64,000 nt of DNA, taken from Actinomycetota bacterium (GTDB taxonomy: Bacteria > Actinomycetota > UBA4738 > HRBIN12). Below are positions 1 to 9,615 of this stretch, piece by piece. The stretch covers positions 9,133 through 73,132 of the forward strand of contig DASQWI010000014.1 in assembly GCA_035640355.1 (NCBI GenBank), given 5' to 3'. The notes beneath the pieces were generated by a model. It did not search any database and was not told the DNA's origin. It saw only the letters and a list, made by a program, of their open reading frames with translations. Positions within the stretch are counted from its first letter, which is position 1; the number at the start of each line of letters is the position of its first letter. A program made the position numbers and the translations under genes.

Positions 1-1
1 C

Positions 2-1282
2 GTGCAGTCTGCGCTCGAGAGCGGCCGCACGCGCGTCGCCGACATCGAGTACCGGGTCGTCCTTCCCGACGGCGAGACGCGACACCTGTTCGGCCGGGCG
101 CGTCTGACGCGCGACGCAGCCGGGGCACCGGTTCGGATGCTCGGCATCGTCCAAGACGTGACCGAGCGTCACCAGTTCGAGCGGGAGCACCGCATCGCCG
201 ACACGCTGCAAACGGCGCTGCTGCCGCGTTCGTTCGACGACATCGAGGGCGTCGAGGTCGCCGCACGGTACGAGCCGGCCGAAGCGGGGTTCAACGCCGG
301 TGGCGACTGGTACGACGTTGTCCCCATCACGCCGTCGACCGTCGCCCTCGTGATCGGCGACGTCGCGGGACACGGACTCGAGGCGGCGAGCCTCATGGGA
401 CAGCTCCGGATGGCCGTGCGCGCGTACGCGCTCGAGGGGCATCCGCCGCATGTCGTCGCGGTCCGCGCGGAGGCGTTGCTCCGCCAGATTGCCTCGGACC
501 AGATGGTGACGATGCTCTACCTCGTCGTTGACCTCGACACGCTCGAGGGCCGGCTGGTGAACGCTGGCCATCCGCCGCCGCTCGTCGTAAACGGGACCGC
601 CGCCCAGTTCCTCGATGCCCCGCCGGGGCCCCCGATGGGGATCGGCGAGCACGCGCGGTTCGGAGAGACCAGCGTCCGCATAGAGCCGGGGACAACGCTC
701 ATCCTGTACACGGACGGCCTGGTCGACCGGCGCGATCTCGCGCTCGACGACGGCCTCGCGCGGTTGCTCCGCATCGCTGAGGCGCACGCCTTGCTCAACG
801 TCGAAGAGCTCTGTGACCGGCTGCTTGCCGAGATGGTTCCGGGCGACGTGACCGACGACATCGCGCTGCTCGCCATCCGGCAGCTACCCGTTCCGGCCGA
901 GGGCGTTCATCTCCGCATCGATGCCGAACCCAGGACGCTCTCGCGCGTCCGGCGCTCGCTCCACCGATGGCTCTCGGTCAACGGGGTCCCGCGGCCGGAC
1001 TCCGAGGAGATCGTCCTTGCCTCGACCGAGGCCGTGACCAACTCGATCCGGCATGCGTATGGCCCCGGGGACGGCTGGGTGGACATCCAGGCGCGGCTCG
1101 ACGACGGCCACGTCGATGTCGAGGTTCGCGACGGCGGAAAATGGCGCCCGCTTCGCGGCGGTGACGGGGGGCGGGGGCTGGGGATGATCCATGCGTGCAT
1201 GCCCGAGGTGACGATCGAGCGGGGCGGATCGGGGACGACCGTTCGCATGAGGCGCCCGGTGTCGACTGCGGGCAGCCAGTGA
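2..1282 (+). CDS. Partner-switching regulator, 5'-partial: PAS C-terminal region + PP2C/SpoIIE-type Ser phosphatase + RsbW-like HATPase (anti-sigma kinase) domain
   Basis: ORF runs off the 5' window edge. PP2C motifs (GGDWYDV, VIGDVAGHG, LILYTDGL) and a C-terminal HATPase_c-like segment (EAVTNSIRHAY...GGRGLGMI). Stop codon at 1280-1282. Confidence 0.7.
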   Translation: MQSALESGRTRVADIEYRVVLPDGETRHLFGRARLTRDAAGAPVRMLGIVQDVTERHQFEREHRIADTLQTALLPRSFDDIEGVEVAARYEPAEAGFNAGGDWYDVVPITPSTVALVIGDVAGHGLEAASLMGQLRMAVRAYALEGHPPHVVAVRAEALLRQIASDQMVTMLYLVVDLDTLEGRLVNAGHPPPLVVNGTAAQFLDAPPGPPMGIGEHARFGETSVRIEPGTTLILYTDGLVDRRDLALDDGLARLLRIAEAHALLNVEELCDRLLAEMVPGDVTDDIALLAIRQLPVPAEGVHLRIDAEPRTLSRVRRSLHRWLSVNGVPRPDSEEIVLASTEAVTNSIRHAYGPGDGWVDIQARLDDGHVDVEVRDGGKWRPLRGGDGGRGLGMIHACMPEVTIERGGSGTTVRMRRPVSTAGSQ

Positions 1283-1296
1283 CCGGGCCCGCCCGA

Positions 1297-1671
1297 ATGA
1301 CCTTGGAGGGCGACGGCGAGGTCCTGACCGCGCGGATCACCGGCGAGATCGACCTGTCCAACGCGTCCGAGCTCGAGGAGACCATCGTCGACGCGGTGCA
1401 GAACACGGCGCTCGGGATGGTCGTCGATCTGTCAGGCGTGGAGTATCTCGACAGCGCCGGCGTTCGAATGCTCGTGCACCTCGTGGAGCGCTTCCGGTGG
1501 CGGCAGCAGGTCATGCGGGCGGCGGCCCCCGACGGCTCCCGCGTCCGGGGTGTCCTGTCGATGGCCGGCGCGGACGGCGTCATCCCCGTCGACGCGACGG
1601 TGACCGACGCTCGCGAGTGGATCGTCGCCGCGGCCGACGAGGCGGCGAATCGCGAGGAACCGGGCGCATGA
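1297..1671 (+). CDS. STAS-domain anti-sigma-factor antagonist
   Basis: ATG at 1297 lies inside the listed 1195..1671 ORF. STAS hallmarks (ITGEIDLSNASELE, LSGVEYLDSAGVRMLV). Sits directly downstream of the phosphatase/kinase fusion. Confidence 0.7.
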   Translation: MTLEGDGEVLTARITGEIDLSNASELEETIVDAVQNTALGMVVDLSGVEYLDSAGVRMLVHLVERFRWRQQVMRAAAPDGSRVRGVLSMAGADGVIPVDATVTDAREWIVAAADEAANREEPGA

Positions 1672-1737
1672 GAGTCTGCCCAAACGTCCCCTCCACCAGG
1701 TCATCTCGCTGCGTGCACGGGTAGACTTCGGCGGCCG

Positions 1738-1809
1738 GGCGGGGTAGCTCAGTGGCAGAGCAAGCGGCTCATAATCGCTGTGTCGCGGGTTCGAATCCCG
1801 CCCCCGCTA
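1738..1809 (+). tRNA. tRNA-Met (anticodon CAU; could alternatively be the lysidine-modified tRNA-Ile2)
   Basis: Cloverleaf traced by hand: acceptor GGCGGGG/CCCCGCT (G1-U72), D arm GCTC/GAGC, anticodon stem AGCGG/TCGCT with loop CTCATAA, T arm GCGGG-TTCGAAT-CCCGC. No CCA encoded. Confidence 0.75.
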
Positions 1810-1846
1810 CGAGCAACTGAGCGCGGGTCCAGGGGAGCACGAGCAC

Positions 1847-3031
1847 ATGGCGAAGAAGAAGTTCGAGCGGAACAAGCCGCACGTGAACATCGGGACGATC
1901 GGTCACATCGACCACGGCAAGACGACCCTCACCGCCGCGATCACGAAGGTTCAGGCGTCGAAGGGCCTCGCCGATTTCACGCCGTTCGACCAGATCGACA
2001 AGGCGCCGGAGGAGCGCGAGCGCGGGATCACCATCGCCATCGCTCACGTCGAGTATCAGACGGACTCGCGCCACTACGCGCACGTCGATTGCCCTGGTCA
2101 CGCCGACTACATCAAGAACATGATCACCGGCGCCGCTCAGATGGACGGGGCGATCCTGGTCGTCTCCGCTGCCGATGGGCCGATGCCCCAGACGCGCGAG
2201 CACGTCCTGCTCGCCCGTCAGGTCGGTGTTCCATACATCGTCGTCGCGCTCAACAAGTGCGACATGGTCGACGACCCGGAGCTTCTCGACCTGGTCGAGC
2301 TGGAGGTCCGCGAGCTCCTGTCGTCCTACGAGTTCCCTGGTGACGAGGTGCCCGTGATCCACGTGAGCGCACTCAAGGCGCTCGAGGGCGACGACACCTG
2401 GATCGGCAAGATCGACGAGCTCCTCGCGGCGTGCGACACCTATATCCCCGAACCGACGCGCGACGTCGACAAGCCGTTCCTGATGTCGATCGAGGACGTC
2501 TTCTCCATCACCGGGCGCGGCACCGTCGTCACGGGTCGCGTCGAGCGCGGGATCCTCAAGAAGATGGAAGAGGTGGAGATCGTCGGTATCAAGGACACGC
2601 GAAAGACCACCGCCACCGACCTCGAGATGTTCCGCAAGCTCCTCGACGAGGTACAGGCCGGCGACAACGTCGGCGTGCTGCTCAGGGGCATCGACAAAGA
2701 AGAGGTCGAGCGAGGTCAGGTGCTCTCCAAGCCCGGAACGATCACGCCGCACACCGACTTCGCCGCGCAGGTCTATGTCCTGTCCAAGGACGAGGGCGGA
2801 CGGCACACGCCGTTCTTCAACGGCTACCGTCCGCAGTTCTACTTCCGGACGACCGACGTGACCGGCACGGCGAACCTCCCCGAGGGTGTCGAGATGGTCA
2901 TGCCCGGTGACAACGTCGAGATGACCGTGAACCTCATCGCGCCGATCGCCATGGAGGAGGGCCTGCGCTTCGCGATCCGCGAGGGCGGCCGAACCGTGGG
3001 GGCCGGCCGAGTGACCAAGATCACCGCGTAG
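1847..3031 (+). CDS. tuf: Elongation factor Tu, copy 1
   Basis: 394 aa, [10 protein letters not shown]-loop, [12 protein letters not shown] motifs, full-length EF-Tu. RBS AGGGGAG upstream. Confidence 0.95.
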   Translation: MAKKKFERNKPHVNIGTIGHIDHGKTTLTAAITKVQASKGLADFTPFDQIDKAPEERERGITIAIAHVEYQTDSRHYAHVDCPGHADYIKNMITGAAQMDGAILVVSAADGPMPQTREHVLLARQVGVPYIVVALNKCDMVDDPELLDLVELEVRELLSSYEFPGDEVPVIHVSALKALEGDDTWIGKIDELLAACDTYIPEPTRDVDKPFLMSIEDVFSITGRGTVVTGRVERGILKKMEEVEIVGIKDTRKTTATDLEMFRKLLDEVQAGDNVGVLLRGIDKEEVERGQVLSKPGTITPHTDFAAQVYVLSKDEGGRHTPFFNGYRPQFYFRTTDVTGTANLPEGVEMVMPGDNVEMTVNLIAPIAMEEGLRFAIREGGRTVGAGRVTKITA

Positions 3032-3038
3032 GGATCAC

Positions 3039-3206
3039 ATGGCGAAGAAAGAAGGCAACCGGCCGACGATCACGCTCGCCTGCACCGAGTGCAAGCGGCG
3101 CAACTACGTGACGGTCAAGAACAGGGTGAACGACCGTGACCGGATCGAGCTACGGAAGTACTGCCGGTGGGACCGCCGTCACACGGTTCACCGCGAGACA
3201 CGCTGA
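3039..3206 (+). CDS. rpmG: 50S ribosomal protein L33
   Basis: 55-aa ORF hand-translated (too short for the ORF track): [56 protein letters not shown]33 signature with N-terminal CxxC. Confidence 0.85.
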   Translation: MAKKEGNRPTITLACTECKRRNYVTVKNRVNDRDRIELRKYCRWDRRHTVHRETR

Positions 3207-3231
3207 ATCGCTTACCGGAAGTACGCCGCTG

Positions 3232-4050
3232 TCAGCTCGTTCGCTCGGCGGGTTCGGGCGGATCGGTCACGTTGACGGTGTCGACCTTGCCGTAGCGAAT
3301 CGCGAGCGCGAGCGCTTCAACCTTCGAGTGCACGGCGAGCTTCGTCAGCACGTTTTGCACGTGCGTCCGCAACGTGTTCGGCGTGACGCGGAGCAGCGTC
3401 GAGATCTCGTCTTGCGACTTGCCCTCGGCCATGAGCGAGAGGATCTCCGTCTCGCGCGGCGTGAGTCGGTCCAGTCGTCGAGCCGCGTCGTCATCGGTCT
3501 GTCGACGACGGCGGAGGCGACGCATCGCCCCCTCGACCTCGGTCTCGTCGTGCAGCGGCTCCCCTCGGTGGGCTCGCCGAACCGATGTGGCGACGTTCAC
3601 GATCGCCTCTGTCTTCTGCAGCATGCCGACGGCACCGGCCGCGACGGCGCGTGCGAGCAGGTGCTCGTCCTCGTGGCCGGACAGGATCAACACGGCGGCG
3701 TTCGGGTCGGCCTCCTTGATACGGCGCGTCGCCTCTATGCCGTTCATGCCCGGCATCGCCACGTCCATCAGCACCACGTCGGGCTGGTGCTCGGACGCGG
3801 CGCGGATCGCCTGGGTGGCATCGGTGGCGACGTGGACGATGCGGAAGTCCTTCTCGCGCGCGAGCGCGAGCTCGAGCGCCTCGCCGAACGTCCGCTCGTC
3901 GTCGACGATGAGGACCGTGATCGCCTTCGAGCGCGGACCCGTCTTGCCCTCCACACTCTCCGGCACGTGATTTCCCTGCCGGGCGGGATTGCCTTCAGCG
4001 GTCATGGATTCCATTCGCCCGATCGTAGGTGGCATCATGCCGCGAGTCAC
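3232..4050 (-). CDS. NarL/FixJ (LuxR-type HTH) family response regulator, orphan
   Basis: REC domain (VLIVDDE, phospho-acceptor D in VVLMDVAMPGMNG, LILSGHED) plus C-terminal LuxR HTH (LTPRETEILSLMAEGKSQDEIS). True start may be an internal Met (MESMTAEG, about 4014). No histidine kinase adjacent. Confidence 0.8.
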   Translation of the reverse strand: MTRGMMPPTIGRMESMTAEGNPARQGNHVPESVEGKTGPRSKAITVLIVDDERTFGEALELALAREKDFRIVHVATDATQAIRAASEHQPDVVLMDVAMPGMNGIEATRRIKEADPNAAVLILSGHEDEHLLARAVAAGAVGMLQKTEAIVNVATSVRRAHRGEPLHDETEVEGAMRRLRRRRQTDDDAARRLDRLTPRETEILSLMAEGKSQDEISTLLRVTPNTLRTHVQNVLTKLAVHSKVEALALAIRYGKVDTVNVTDPPEPAERTS

Positions 4051-4212
4051 GCAACGTCGCTCGGTTGTCGAGGCGCATGGCTGGGGCTACGTTCGCAGCA
4101 TGATCGGGAGGTGTGAATAGGCCGTGCGGGAGACAGCCGCGGGTGGGACCAGGGTGTCGGTCGTTCTCCCCAACGACGTTCCACGCATGAGCGCTCCGAC
4201 CGACGACGCGTC

Positions 4213-4611
4213 GTGGCACTGAACGCCCAGCTCGTCGGCAAGACCTATCCACCAATCGCGTTCCCGCTCGAAGCGGAGCGTGTGGCGCAGTTCGCCGCGG
4301 TCATCGGGCACGAAGGCGACGACGTGCCGCCGACGTTCGCCACGGCGCCCGAGCTCGCCGCGGGACTCCGGAACGTGCTCGCGGACGACGAGCTCGGACT
4401 CGATCTATCCCGTGTGCTGCACGCTGAACAGGAGTACGAGTGGAGACGTCCGCTCACCATCGGCGAGACGCTCACCGCACAGACGACGATCGCCGACATC
4501 CGGACGAAAGGCGCCATGAGCTTCGTCACGCTGCACACCGACCTGCGCGACGAGGCGCGCCGAACGGTCGTCGTCGCAACGAGCACGCTGCTCGTTCGGG
4601 GCGACGGGTGA
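4213..4611 (+). CDS. HadA-like hotdog-fold protein (non-catalytic partner of a (3R)-hydroxyacyl dehydratase)
   Basis: GTG start. 132-aa single hotdog fold lacking the hydratase motif. Immediately upstream of the MaoC-motif protein, as in mycobacterial hadA-hadB. Confidence 0.65.
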   Translation: MALNAQLVGKTYPPIAFPLEAERVAQFAAVIGHEGDDVPPTFATAPELAAGLRNVLADDELGLDLSRVLHAEQEYEWRRPLTIGETLTAQTTIADIRTKGAMSFVTLHTDLRDEARRTVVVATSTLLVRGDG

Positions 4612-4613
4612 CG

Positions 4614-5030
4614 ATGGCGACGGAACACGTCCACGTGGGTGACGAGCTACCCACGCTCGAGCGCGTCGTCTCGCGGGAGGATATGAAGAACTACGCCGAC
4701 GCGTCCGGCGACCAGAATCCTCTGCACCTCAACGACGACGCCGCGAAGGCCGCTGGTTTCCCGGGCGTGATTGCGCACGGGATGTACACGATGTCTCACC
4801 TGGCGACGTCGATCGTTCGATGGGCAGGCGACGTCTCGGTACTCACGAGGCTCCGCGTGCAGTTCCGCGCACCCGTGTTCGTCGGCGAGACGATCGTCGC
4901 GGGGGGCAAGGTCATCGACGTGCAGACCGATCGCCGGACGGCCACGCTCGACGTATGGGTGACCGTCGAACGCGACGGCAAGACGGAGTACCCGATCCGT
5001 CGGGGAATCGCGGAGATCCGCCTGGCCTGA
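4614..5030 (+). CDS. MaoC-like (R)-specific enoyl-CoA hydratase / HadB-like dehydratase subunit
   Basis: ATG at 4614, two nt after the upstream stop. Hydratase-2 motif GDQNPLHLNDDAAKAAGFPGVIAHG. Position between rpmG and secE matches the actinobacterial hadAB locus. Confidence 0.75.
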   Translation: MATEHVHVGDELPTLERVVSREDMKNYADASGDQNPLHLNDDAAKAAGFPGVIAHGMYTMSHLATSIVRWAGDVSVLTRLRVQFRAPVFVGETIVAGGKVIDVQTDRRTATLDVWVTVERDGKTEYPIRRGIAEIRLA

Positions 5031-5033
5031 GCG

Positions 5034-6626
5034 TTACTCGAGCTCGATGCGCTCGGGCGGCCGCTCCTCCTCCTCGACCCTTCCCAGGCCCGCCAGCGCG
5101 TGCATCGCGTCGCCCATGCGGTCGATGACGACCTGGATCTCGCTGTCCTGCCGCCGCCCGATCGAGTCCGCCACCATGTCGATGCGCTTGCCGAGCGTCT
5201 CGTTCGAACGCTCGATCGTCTCCGCGAGCGACGCGAGGCGCTGCTCGACCAGCTCGATCACATCGCCCGGCAGGTTCGCCTGGAGCTCCTTCAACGCGCG
5301 GAGCGTTTGCTTCGTCGCCGCCTGTCCGGCGGACACCTGCTCGGCGAGCGTGACGTTGTCGGACCGAACGAGCCGACCGAGTCCCTCGATCCTCCCGGCG
5401 AGCTTCGCGTCGAGCTCGCCCGCGGCTTCGTCGAGGCGTTCCTCGATCGATCGAATACGCTCCTCCGAGACCGGCGTCTGCTGCTCGAGCGCGCGCGTGA
5501 GATTTGCCGTCAAGCCCGCGTGCGCTTCCGCGATGCCTCGATTGAGTTGTTCGACCAGGCGGGTCGTACCCGCCTCGATCTCGTCGGTGACGCGCGCGAG
5601 CCGGTCTTCGAGGATCGACGCGACCTGCCCGTCATCCGTCCGCGCGGTTCGCACGATCTCGCTCCGGAGCGCCTCGGCGTCCGAACGCACCATGCGCGCG
5701 ATCCCCATGATGCTGCGGGACATCGCCGTGTTGAGCTCCGACACGGCGTCCGTGATCGAACGGGTGTCGATCGCCATCCGCTCGTACACCAGCTGAACTT
5801 GTTCGGCGAGCTCGTGGCCCCGTTGCTCGTCGCGCTCCGTTTGGCTGCTGGTCGCCTCGCTGATCGCGGCCGTGTCGATCGCCATCCGGTCGTACATCAG
5901 CTGCAGCTGCTCGCCGAGGAGCGCCGTCTGTGGCTCGACGATCTCGCGGACCCGCTCCGCGATCGCGTCGCCTCGCGTCGTGAGCAGGTGGACCTGGGCT
6001 TCCATGCTGCCGGCAAGCTTCCCCATGGCTTCGACGCCGTGCTGCACGTACGTCTCCATCGCGCGGGAGATCCGCGTCGTCTCCGAGGTCATCAGCTGGC
6101 CGTGCTCGAGGATCCTGGACCGAACCGCCTCGATGACCTCCTGATCGCGTTCGGCGAGTTCATGCAGGGCTCCGGCGATCTGCCGCGTGATGTCGGCGAG
6201 CTGTGCTCGCAACGCCGCCACGTCCTTGACGGCAAGGGGCGCGCCGTGCTGGCGGCTCTCGGGGATCAGGCTTCGGATCGCTTGGTTGCGCTCACGGTCG
6301 TGGACGAGGCGCGAGCGGGCTTGGCTGCTGCTGCCCTCGGTCGTGCTCCAGTCCTCGTTGGCGACCTCCTGCATGAGCTTGCCGGCGGTGTGGCGGATCC
6401 CCGATAGACCTTCCTCCAGTTGCTCCTGGATGGCGGCCTTGTAGGACTCCATCAACTGTTCGATGTGCTCGATCCCTTCTTGAGCGGTGGGCTCGGGACC
6501 GGGCTCGCCCGTTGGGGGAGAGGAGAAGACACGCCGCCGCGTCGCCCGTTCGGCGGGCGAGTACGGGTCATCGGGCTGATGCATCCGAGGCTCGCGATCC
6601 GGGGCCGTCGCGAAGCGTCCGCGCAA
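5034..6626 (-). CDS. Hypothetical cytoplasmic alpha-helical/coiled-coil protein (530 aa) with an internal 36-aa tandem repeat
   Basis: Longest ORF across the region. Codon third positions are GC-rich on the minus strand. E/Q/A/L/R-rich, no TM segment. Repeat motif LQLMYDRMAIDTAAI / VQLVYERMAIDTRSI. Antisense plus-strand ORFs are R/S-rich junk. Confidence 0.55.
   Translation of the reverse strand: MRGRFATAPDREPRMHQPDDPYSPAERATRRRVFSSPPTGEPGPEPTAQEGIEHIEQLMESYKAAIQEQLEEGLSGIRHTAGKLMQEVANEDWSTTEGSSSQARSRLVHDRERNQAIRSLIPESRQHGAPLAVKDVAALRAQLADITRQIAGALHELAERDQEVIEAVRSRILEHGQLMTSETTRISRAMETYVQHGVEAMGKLAGSMEAQVHLLTTRGDAIAERVREIVEPQTALLGEQLQLMYDRMAIDTAAISEATSSQTERDEQRGHELAEQVQLVYERMAIDTRSITDAVSELNTAMSRSIMGIARMVRSDAEALRSEIVRTARTDDGQVASILEDRLARVTDEIEAGTTRLVEQLNRGIAEAHAGLTANLTRALEQQTPVSEERIRSIEERLDEAAGELDAKLAGRIEGLGRLVRSDNVTLAEQVSAGQAATKQTLRALKELQANLPGDVIELVEQRLASLAETIERSNETLGKRIDMVADSIGRRQDSEIQVVIDRMGDAMHALAGLGRVEEEERPPERIELE
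5764..5979. repeat. Two tandem 108-bp direct repeats inside the coiled-coil gene
   Basis: The units are near-identical, e.g. GTGTCGATCGCCATCCGCTCGTACACCAGCTG vs GTGTCGATCGCCATCCGGTCGTACATCAGCTG, spaced 108 nt apart. Confidence 0.7.
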
Positions 6627-6702
6627 GTGTAGGAGAGGGCGTGTCCAACATCACGCACCATCGGGCGAGTCTCGAGGAAGGCATCAGACGAGGAAGCGTG
6701 CT

Positions 6703-6731
6703 TTGCCGGGCGTTTGGGGCACCCCTATACT
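6703..6731 (+). promoter_or_regulatory. Putative sigma-70-type promoter for tRNA-Trp/secE/nusG
   Basis: -35 TTGCCG (6703-6708), 17-nt spacer, -10 TATACT (6726-6731), about 18 nt upstream of the tRNA-Trp 5' end. Confidence 0.4.
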
Positions 6732-6748
6732 GACGTTCCGGGCCTCGG

Positions 6749-6822
6749 AGGGGCGTAGCTCAACCTGGTAGAGCACCGGTCTCCAAAACCGGCGGTTGGG
6801 GGTTCAAGTCCCTCCGCCCCTG
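6749..6822 (+). tRNA. tRNA-Trp (anticodon CCA)
   Basis: Acceptor AGGGGCG/CGCCCCT, D arm GCTC/GAGC, anticodon loop CTCCAAA, T arm GGGGG-TTCAAGT-CCCTC, discriminator G. In the classical position upstream of secE. Confidence 0.85.
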
Positions 6823-6834
6823 CAAGGAGCAGCG

Positions 6835-7125
6835 ATGAACAGGCAGATGAAGCGGGCGCAGCGTCGCCAAGGCACGAGCGTCGAACGCGCTCAGGCCGCG
6901 GTGACGGCTCGACGTGCGCAGCAGCAGCAGAAGCGTGAGCGCACGGGCGCCCGACAGTTCCTGAAGGAGGTTCGTCAGGAGCTGAAGAAGGTCATCTGGC
7001 CGACGCGACAGGAGCTCGTCACGTACACCGCCGTCGTACTCGTTACGGTCGTCGTGATGACGTCGTACGTGTTCGGGCTCGACGTCCTGTTCTCGCGGTA
7101 CGTGCTCGATGTCTTCGTCAACTGA
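6835..7125 (+). CDS. secE: Preprotein translocase subunit SecE
   Basis: MNRQMKRAQ... with a C-terminal TM (VVLVTVVVMTSYVFGLDVLF). The listed ORF begins inside the tRNA. ATG 6835 chosen just after the tRNA. Confidence 0.85.
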   Translation: MNRQMKRAQRRQGTSVERAQAAVTARRAQQQQKRERTGARQFLKEVRQELKKVIWPTRQELVTYTAVVLVTVVVMTSYVFGLDVLFSRYVLDVFVN

Positions 7126-8224
7126 TCCGGTCGCGGATCCAGACGCATCCCATCCCGAACGAAGTGACCGTGAGGCAACCATGAACACGAACGCGAACGA
7201 AGCCAACGAGAACGTGCAGTCACCGACCGAGGACGAGACGTCCGTGACTGCCGAGGCGGAGCAGGTCGCGGAGGCCGAACCCGTCATGGACGCGGAGTCC
7301 GGCGATGAAGCCGGAGCCGGAGAGGCCGAACCCATCGAGGAGGCCGCACCCATCGTCGGGTCATCGGCCGACCTCGGCGAGCCGTACACCGGGGGGAGCG
7401 AGACGTTCCAGGTCGGCGTCGACGTGACCGAATCGCAGGTTCCGCCCGAGACCGGCGTTGCGATCCTCCAGGACGCCACCGGCGAGGAACCACTTCCGTC
7501 GACGAACGAGGCCATCGGCGCCGGGCCGACGGATCTCGTCGAGGTTCCCGTCGAGGAAGAGGAGCCCTCCGCGGGCCTGTCGGGCGTCGAGGAAGACGCC
7601 GCGCTCGCCACGGCGCCTGCCGAGGTCTCCACCGACGGCACGGCGGAGGCCGCCGATGAGATGGAGACGAAGGTCCGCGATCCGTTCCGGGGCCCCGGCG
7701 ACTGGTACGTCGTGCACACGTACGCCGGTTACGAGAACAAGGTGAAGACGAATCTCGAATCCCGAATCCATACGATGCAGATGGAAGACAAGATCTTCGA
7801 CGTCCACATCCCCATGGAGGACGTCATGGAGATCAAGGGTGGCAAGAAGCAGGTCGTTCAGCGGAAGGTCTTCCCCGGATACCTGCTCGTGAAGATGGTG
7901 TACGACAACGACTCCTGGTACGTGGTGCGGAACACGCCGGGCGTGACGGGTTTCGTCGCCGCCGGGACGGGCAGCAAGCCCACGCCGCTGTCGAAGCGCG
8001 AGGTGGAGAAGATCCTGGCCGTCAAGAAGGAAGAAGTGAAGCCGCAGTTCCGCCTGGGCTTCGAGGAGAACGACGTCGTGCGGATCATCTCGGGGCCGTT
8101 CGCCGACTTCAACGGGACGATCAGCGAGATCAACCTCGACCAGAGCAAGCTCAAGGTGCTGGTCAACATCTTCGACCGCGAGACTCCGGTGGAGCTGTCG
8201 TTCGACCAGGTCGCGAAGGTCTAG
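7109..8224 (+). CDS. nusG: Transcription termination/antitermination factor NusG with long acidic N-terminal extension
   Basis: C-terminal NGN + KOW domains (WYVVHTYAGYENKV ... VRIISGPFADFNGTISEI). About 170-aa D/E/A/T-rich N-terminus. Alternative start ATG 7181 with a GAGG RBS. Confidence 0.85.
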   Translation: MSSSTDPVADPDASHPERSDREATMNTNANEANENVQSPTEDETSVTAEAEQVAEAEPVMDAESGDEAGAGEAEPIEEAAPIVGSSADLGEPYTGGSETFQVGVDVTESQVPPETGVAILQDATGEEPLPSTNEAIGAGPTDLVEVPVEEEEPSAGLSGVEEDAALATAPAEVSTDGTAEAADEMETKVRDPFRGPGDWYVVHTYAGYENKVKTNLESRIHTMQMEDKIFDVHIPMEDVMEIKGGKKQVVQRKVFPGYLLVKMVYDNDSWYVVRNTPGVTGFVAAGTGSKPTPLSKREVEKILAVKKEEVKPQFRLGFEENDVVRIISGPFADFNGTISEINLDQSKLKVLVNIFDRETPVELSFDQVAKV

Positions 8225-8339
8225 CCGCCGCCGCGCGCGGCACCCCGTTACTCTCTGTATCGAAGTCCCAACGGAACATCCGATTCGATCGCGGGAGGCC
8301 AACCACGGCCGCTTGCACCGCAGGAGGTGAACGCCACAC

Positions 8340-8768
8340 ATGGCGAAGAAGAAGGTTCTCGCCGTCGTCAAGCTTCAGATCCGCGCCGGTCAGGCCACCC
8401 CCGCGCCTCCCGTGGGGACGGCGCTCGGCCAGCACGGCGTCAACATCATGGAGTTCTGCCGGCAGTACAACGAGCAGACGCAGCAGTTCGCCGGCCAGGT
8501 GATCCCAGCCGAGCTCACGATCTACGAGGACCGTTCGTTCACGTTCATCATCAAGCAACCGCCGGCGGCGGAGCTGATCAAGCAGGCCGTCGGACTGGAG
8601 AAGGGCTCCGGCGAGCCGAACCGTAACAAGGTCGGAAAGATCACCCAGGATCAGCTGCGCACGATCGCCCAGCGCAAGATGGCCGACCTGAACGCCAACG
8701 ACGTCGACGCCGCGATGCAGATCCTCGCCGGAACCGCTCGCAGCATGGGCGTGGAGGTGGCGTCGTGA
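8340..8768 (+). CDS. rplK: 50S ribosomal protein L11
   Basis: [14 protein letters not shown]..., 142 aa. AGGAGGTG RBS. Confidence 0.95.
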   Translation: MAKKKVLAVVKLQIRAGQATPAPPVGTALGQHGVNIMEFCRQYNEQTQQFAGQVIPAELTIYEDRSFTFIIKQPPAAELIKQAVGLEKGSGEPNRNKVGKITQDQLRTIAQRKMADLNANDVDAAMQILAGTARSMGVEVAS

Positions 8769-9493
8769 CACGCGGCAACGGGAAGCGATACGCCAAGACC
8801 GCGGAGCTCGTCGATCGCGATCGCGAGTACACACCTGGCGAGGCGATCGCGGTGCTGAAGCAGTTCCCGGACGCGAAGTTCGACGAGACGGTCGAGGTCG
8901 CCTTCCGCCTCGGGGTCGACCCGCGGAAGGCGGATCAGCTCGTCCGCGGAACGGTCAACCTGCCGAACGGCTCGGGCAAGTCGGTTCGCGTGGCGGTTTT
9001 CGCCCAGGGGCCGAAGGCGACCGAGGCTCGCGAGGCCGGCGCCGACGTGGTCGGAGCCGAGGACCTCGTCGAGCAGGTGATGGGGGGACAGATCGATTTC
9101 GACGCGGCGGTCGCCTCTCCCGACATGATGGCCACGGTCGGAAAGGCCGGACGCGTGCTCGGCCCTCGCGGTCTGATGCCCAACCCGAAGACCGGCACCG
9201 TCACGAACGACATCGCGAAAGCCGTTCAGGACATCAAGGGCGGCAAGGTCGAGTACCGAACCGATCGGACCGGCAACGTCCACATGATCATCGGGAAGAA
9301 GTCGTTCTCCGATCGACAGTTGCTCGAGAATTACGTCGCCGTCGTGGACGAGATCCTCCGGGGCAGGCCGTCGGCGGCGAAGGGCAAGTACGTGAAGAGC
9401 CTGACGCTCACGACGACGATGGGTCCCGGCATCGCCATCGACACGAATCGGCTGAAGGACACGGACGCCCCGCGGGCGGAGGCGCCGGCGTAG
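8765..9493 (+). CDS. rplA: 50S ribosomal protein L1
   Basis: GTG start overlapping the rplK stop. 242-aa L1. Confidence 0.95.
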   Translation: MTRGNGKRYAKTAELVDRDREYTPGEAIAVLKQFPDAKFDETVEVAFRLGVDPRKADQLVRGTVNLPNGSGKSVRVAVFAQGPKATEAREAGADVVGAEDLVEQVMGGQIDFDAAVASPDMMATVGKAGRVLGPRGLMPNPKTGTVTNDIAKAVQDIKGGKVEYRTDRTGNVHMIIGKKSFSDRQLLENYVAVVDEILRGRPSAAKGKYVKSLTLTTTMGPGIAIDTNRLKDTDAPRAEAPA

Positions 9494-9615
9494 GTCGGCT
9501 AGCCCGCAGCACGAGAGCTTAGATTCCCCAGGTTCACGGGAACGCTGGGCTACGCTCGCGAGCGGTGGAGTCCCGTCCACACGCGCGCGCGTCCCGTTTC
9601 GGTCGTTCGAACGCG

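Noticed and set aside
5047-6407. Plus-strand ORFs (249 aa and 435 aa) overlapping the coiled-coil gene
   Set aside because: They are R/S/L-rich low-complexity translations, typical of the antisense strand of a GC-rich coiled-coil gene. The minus-strand ORF is longer, spans the entire interval and has an internal protein-level repeat.
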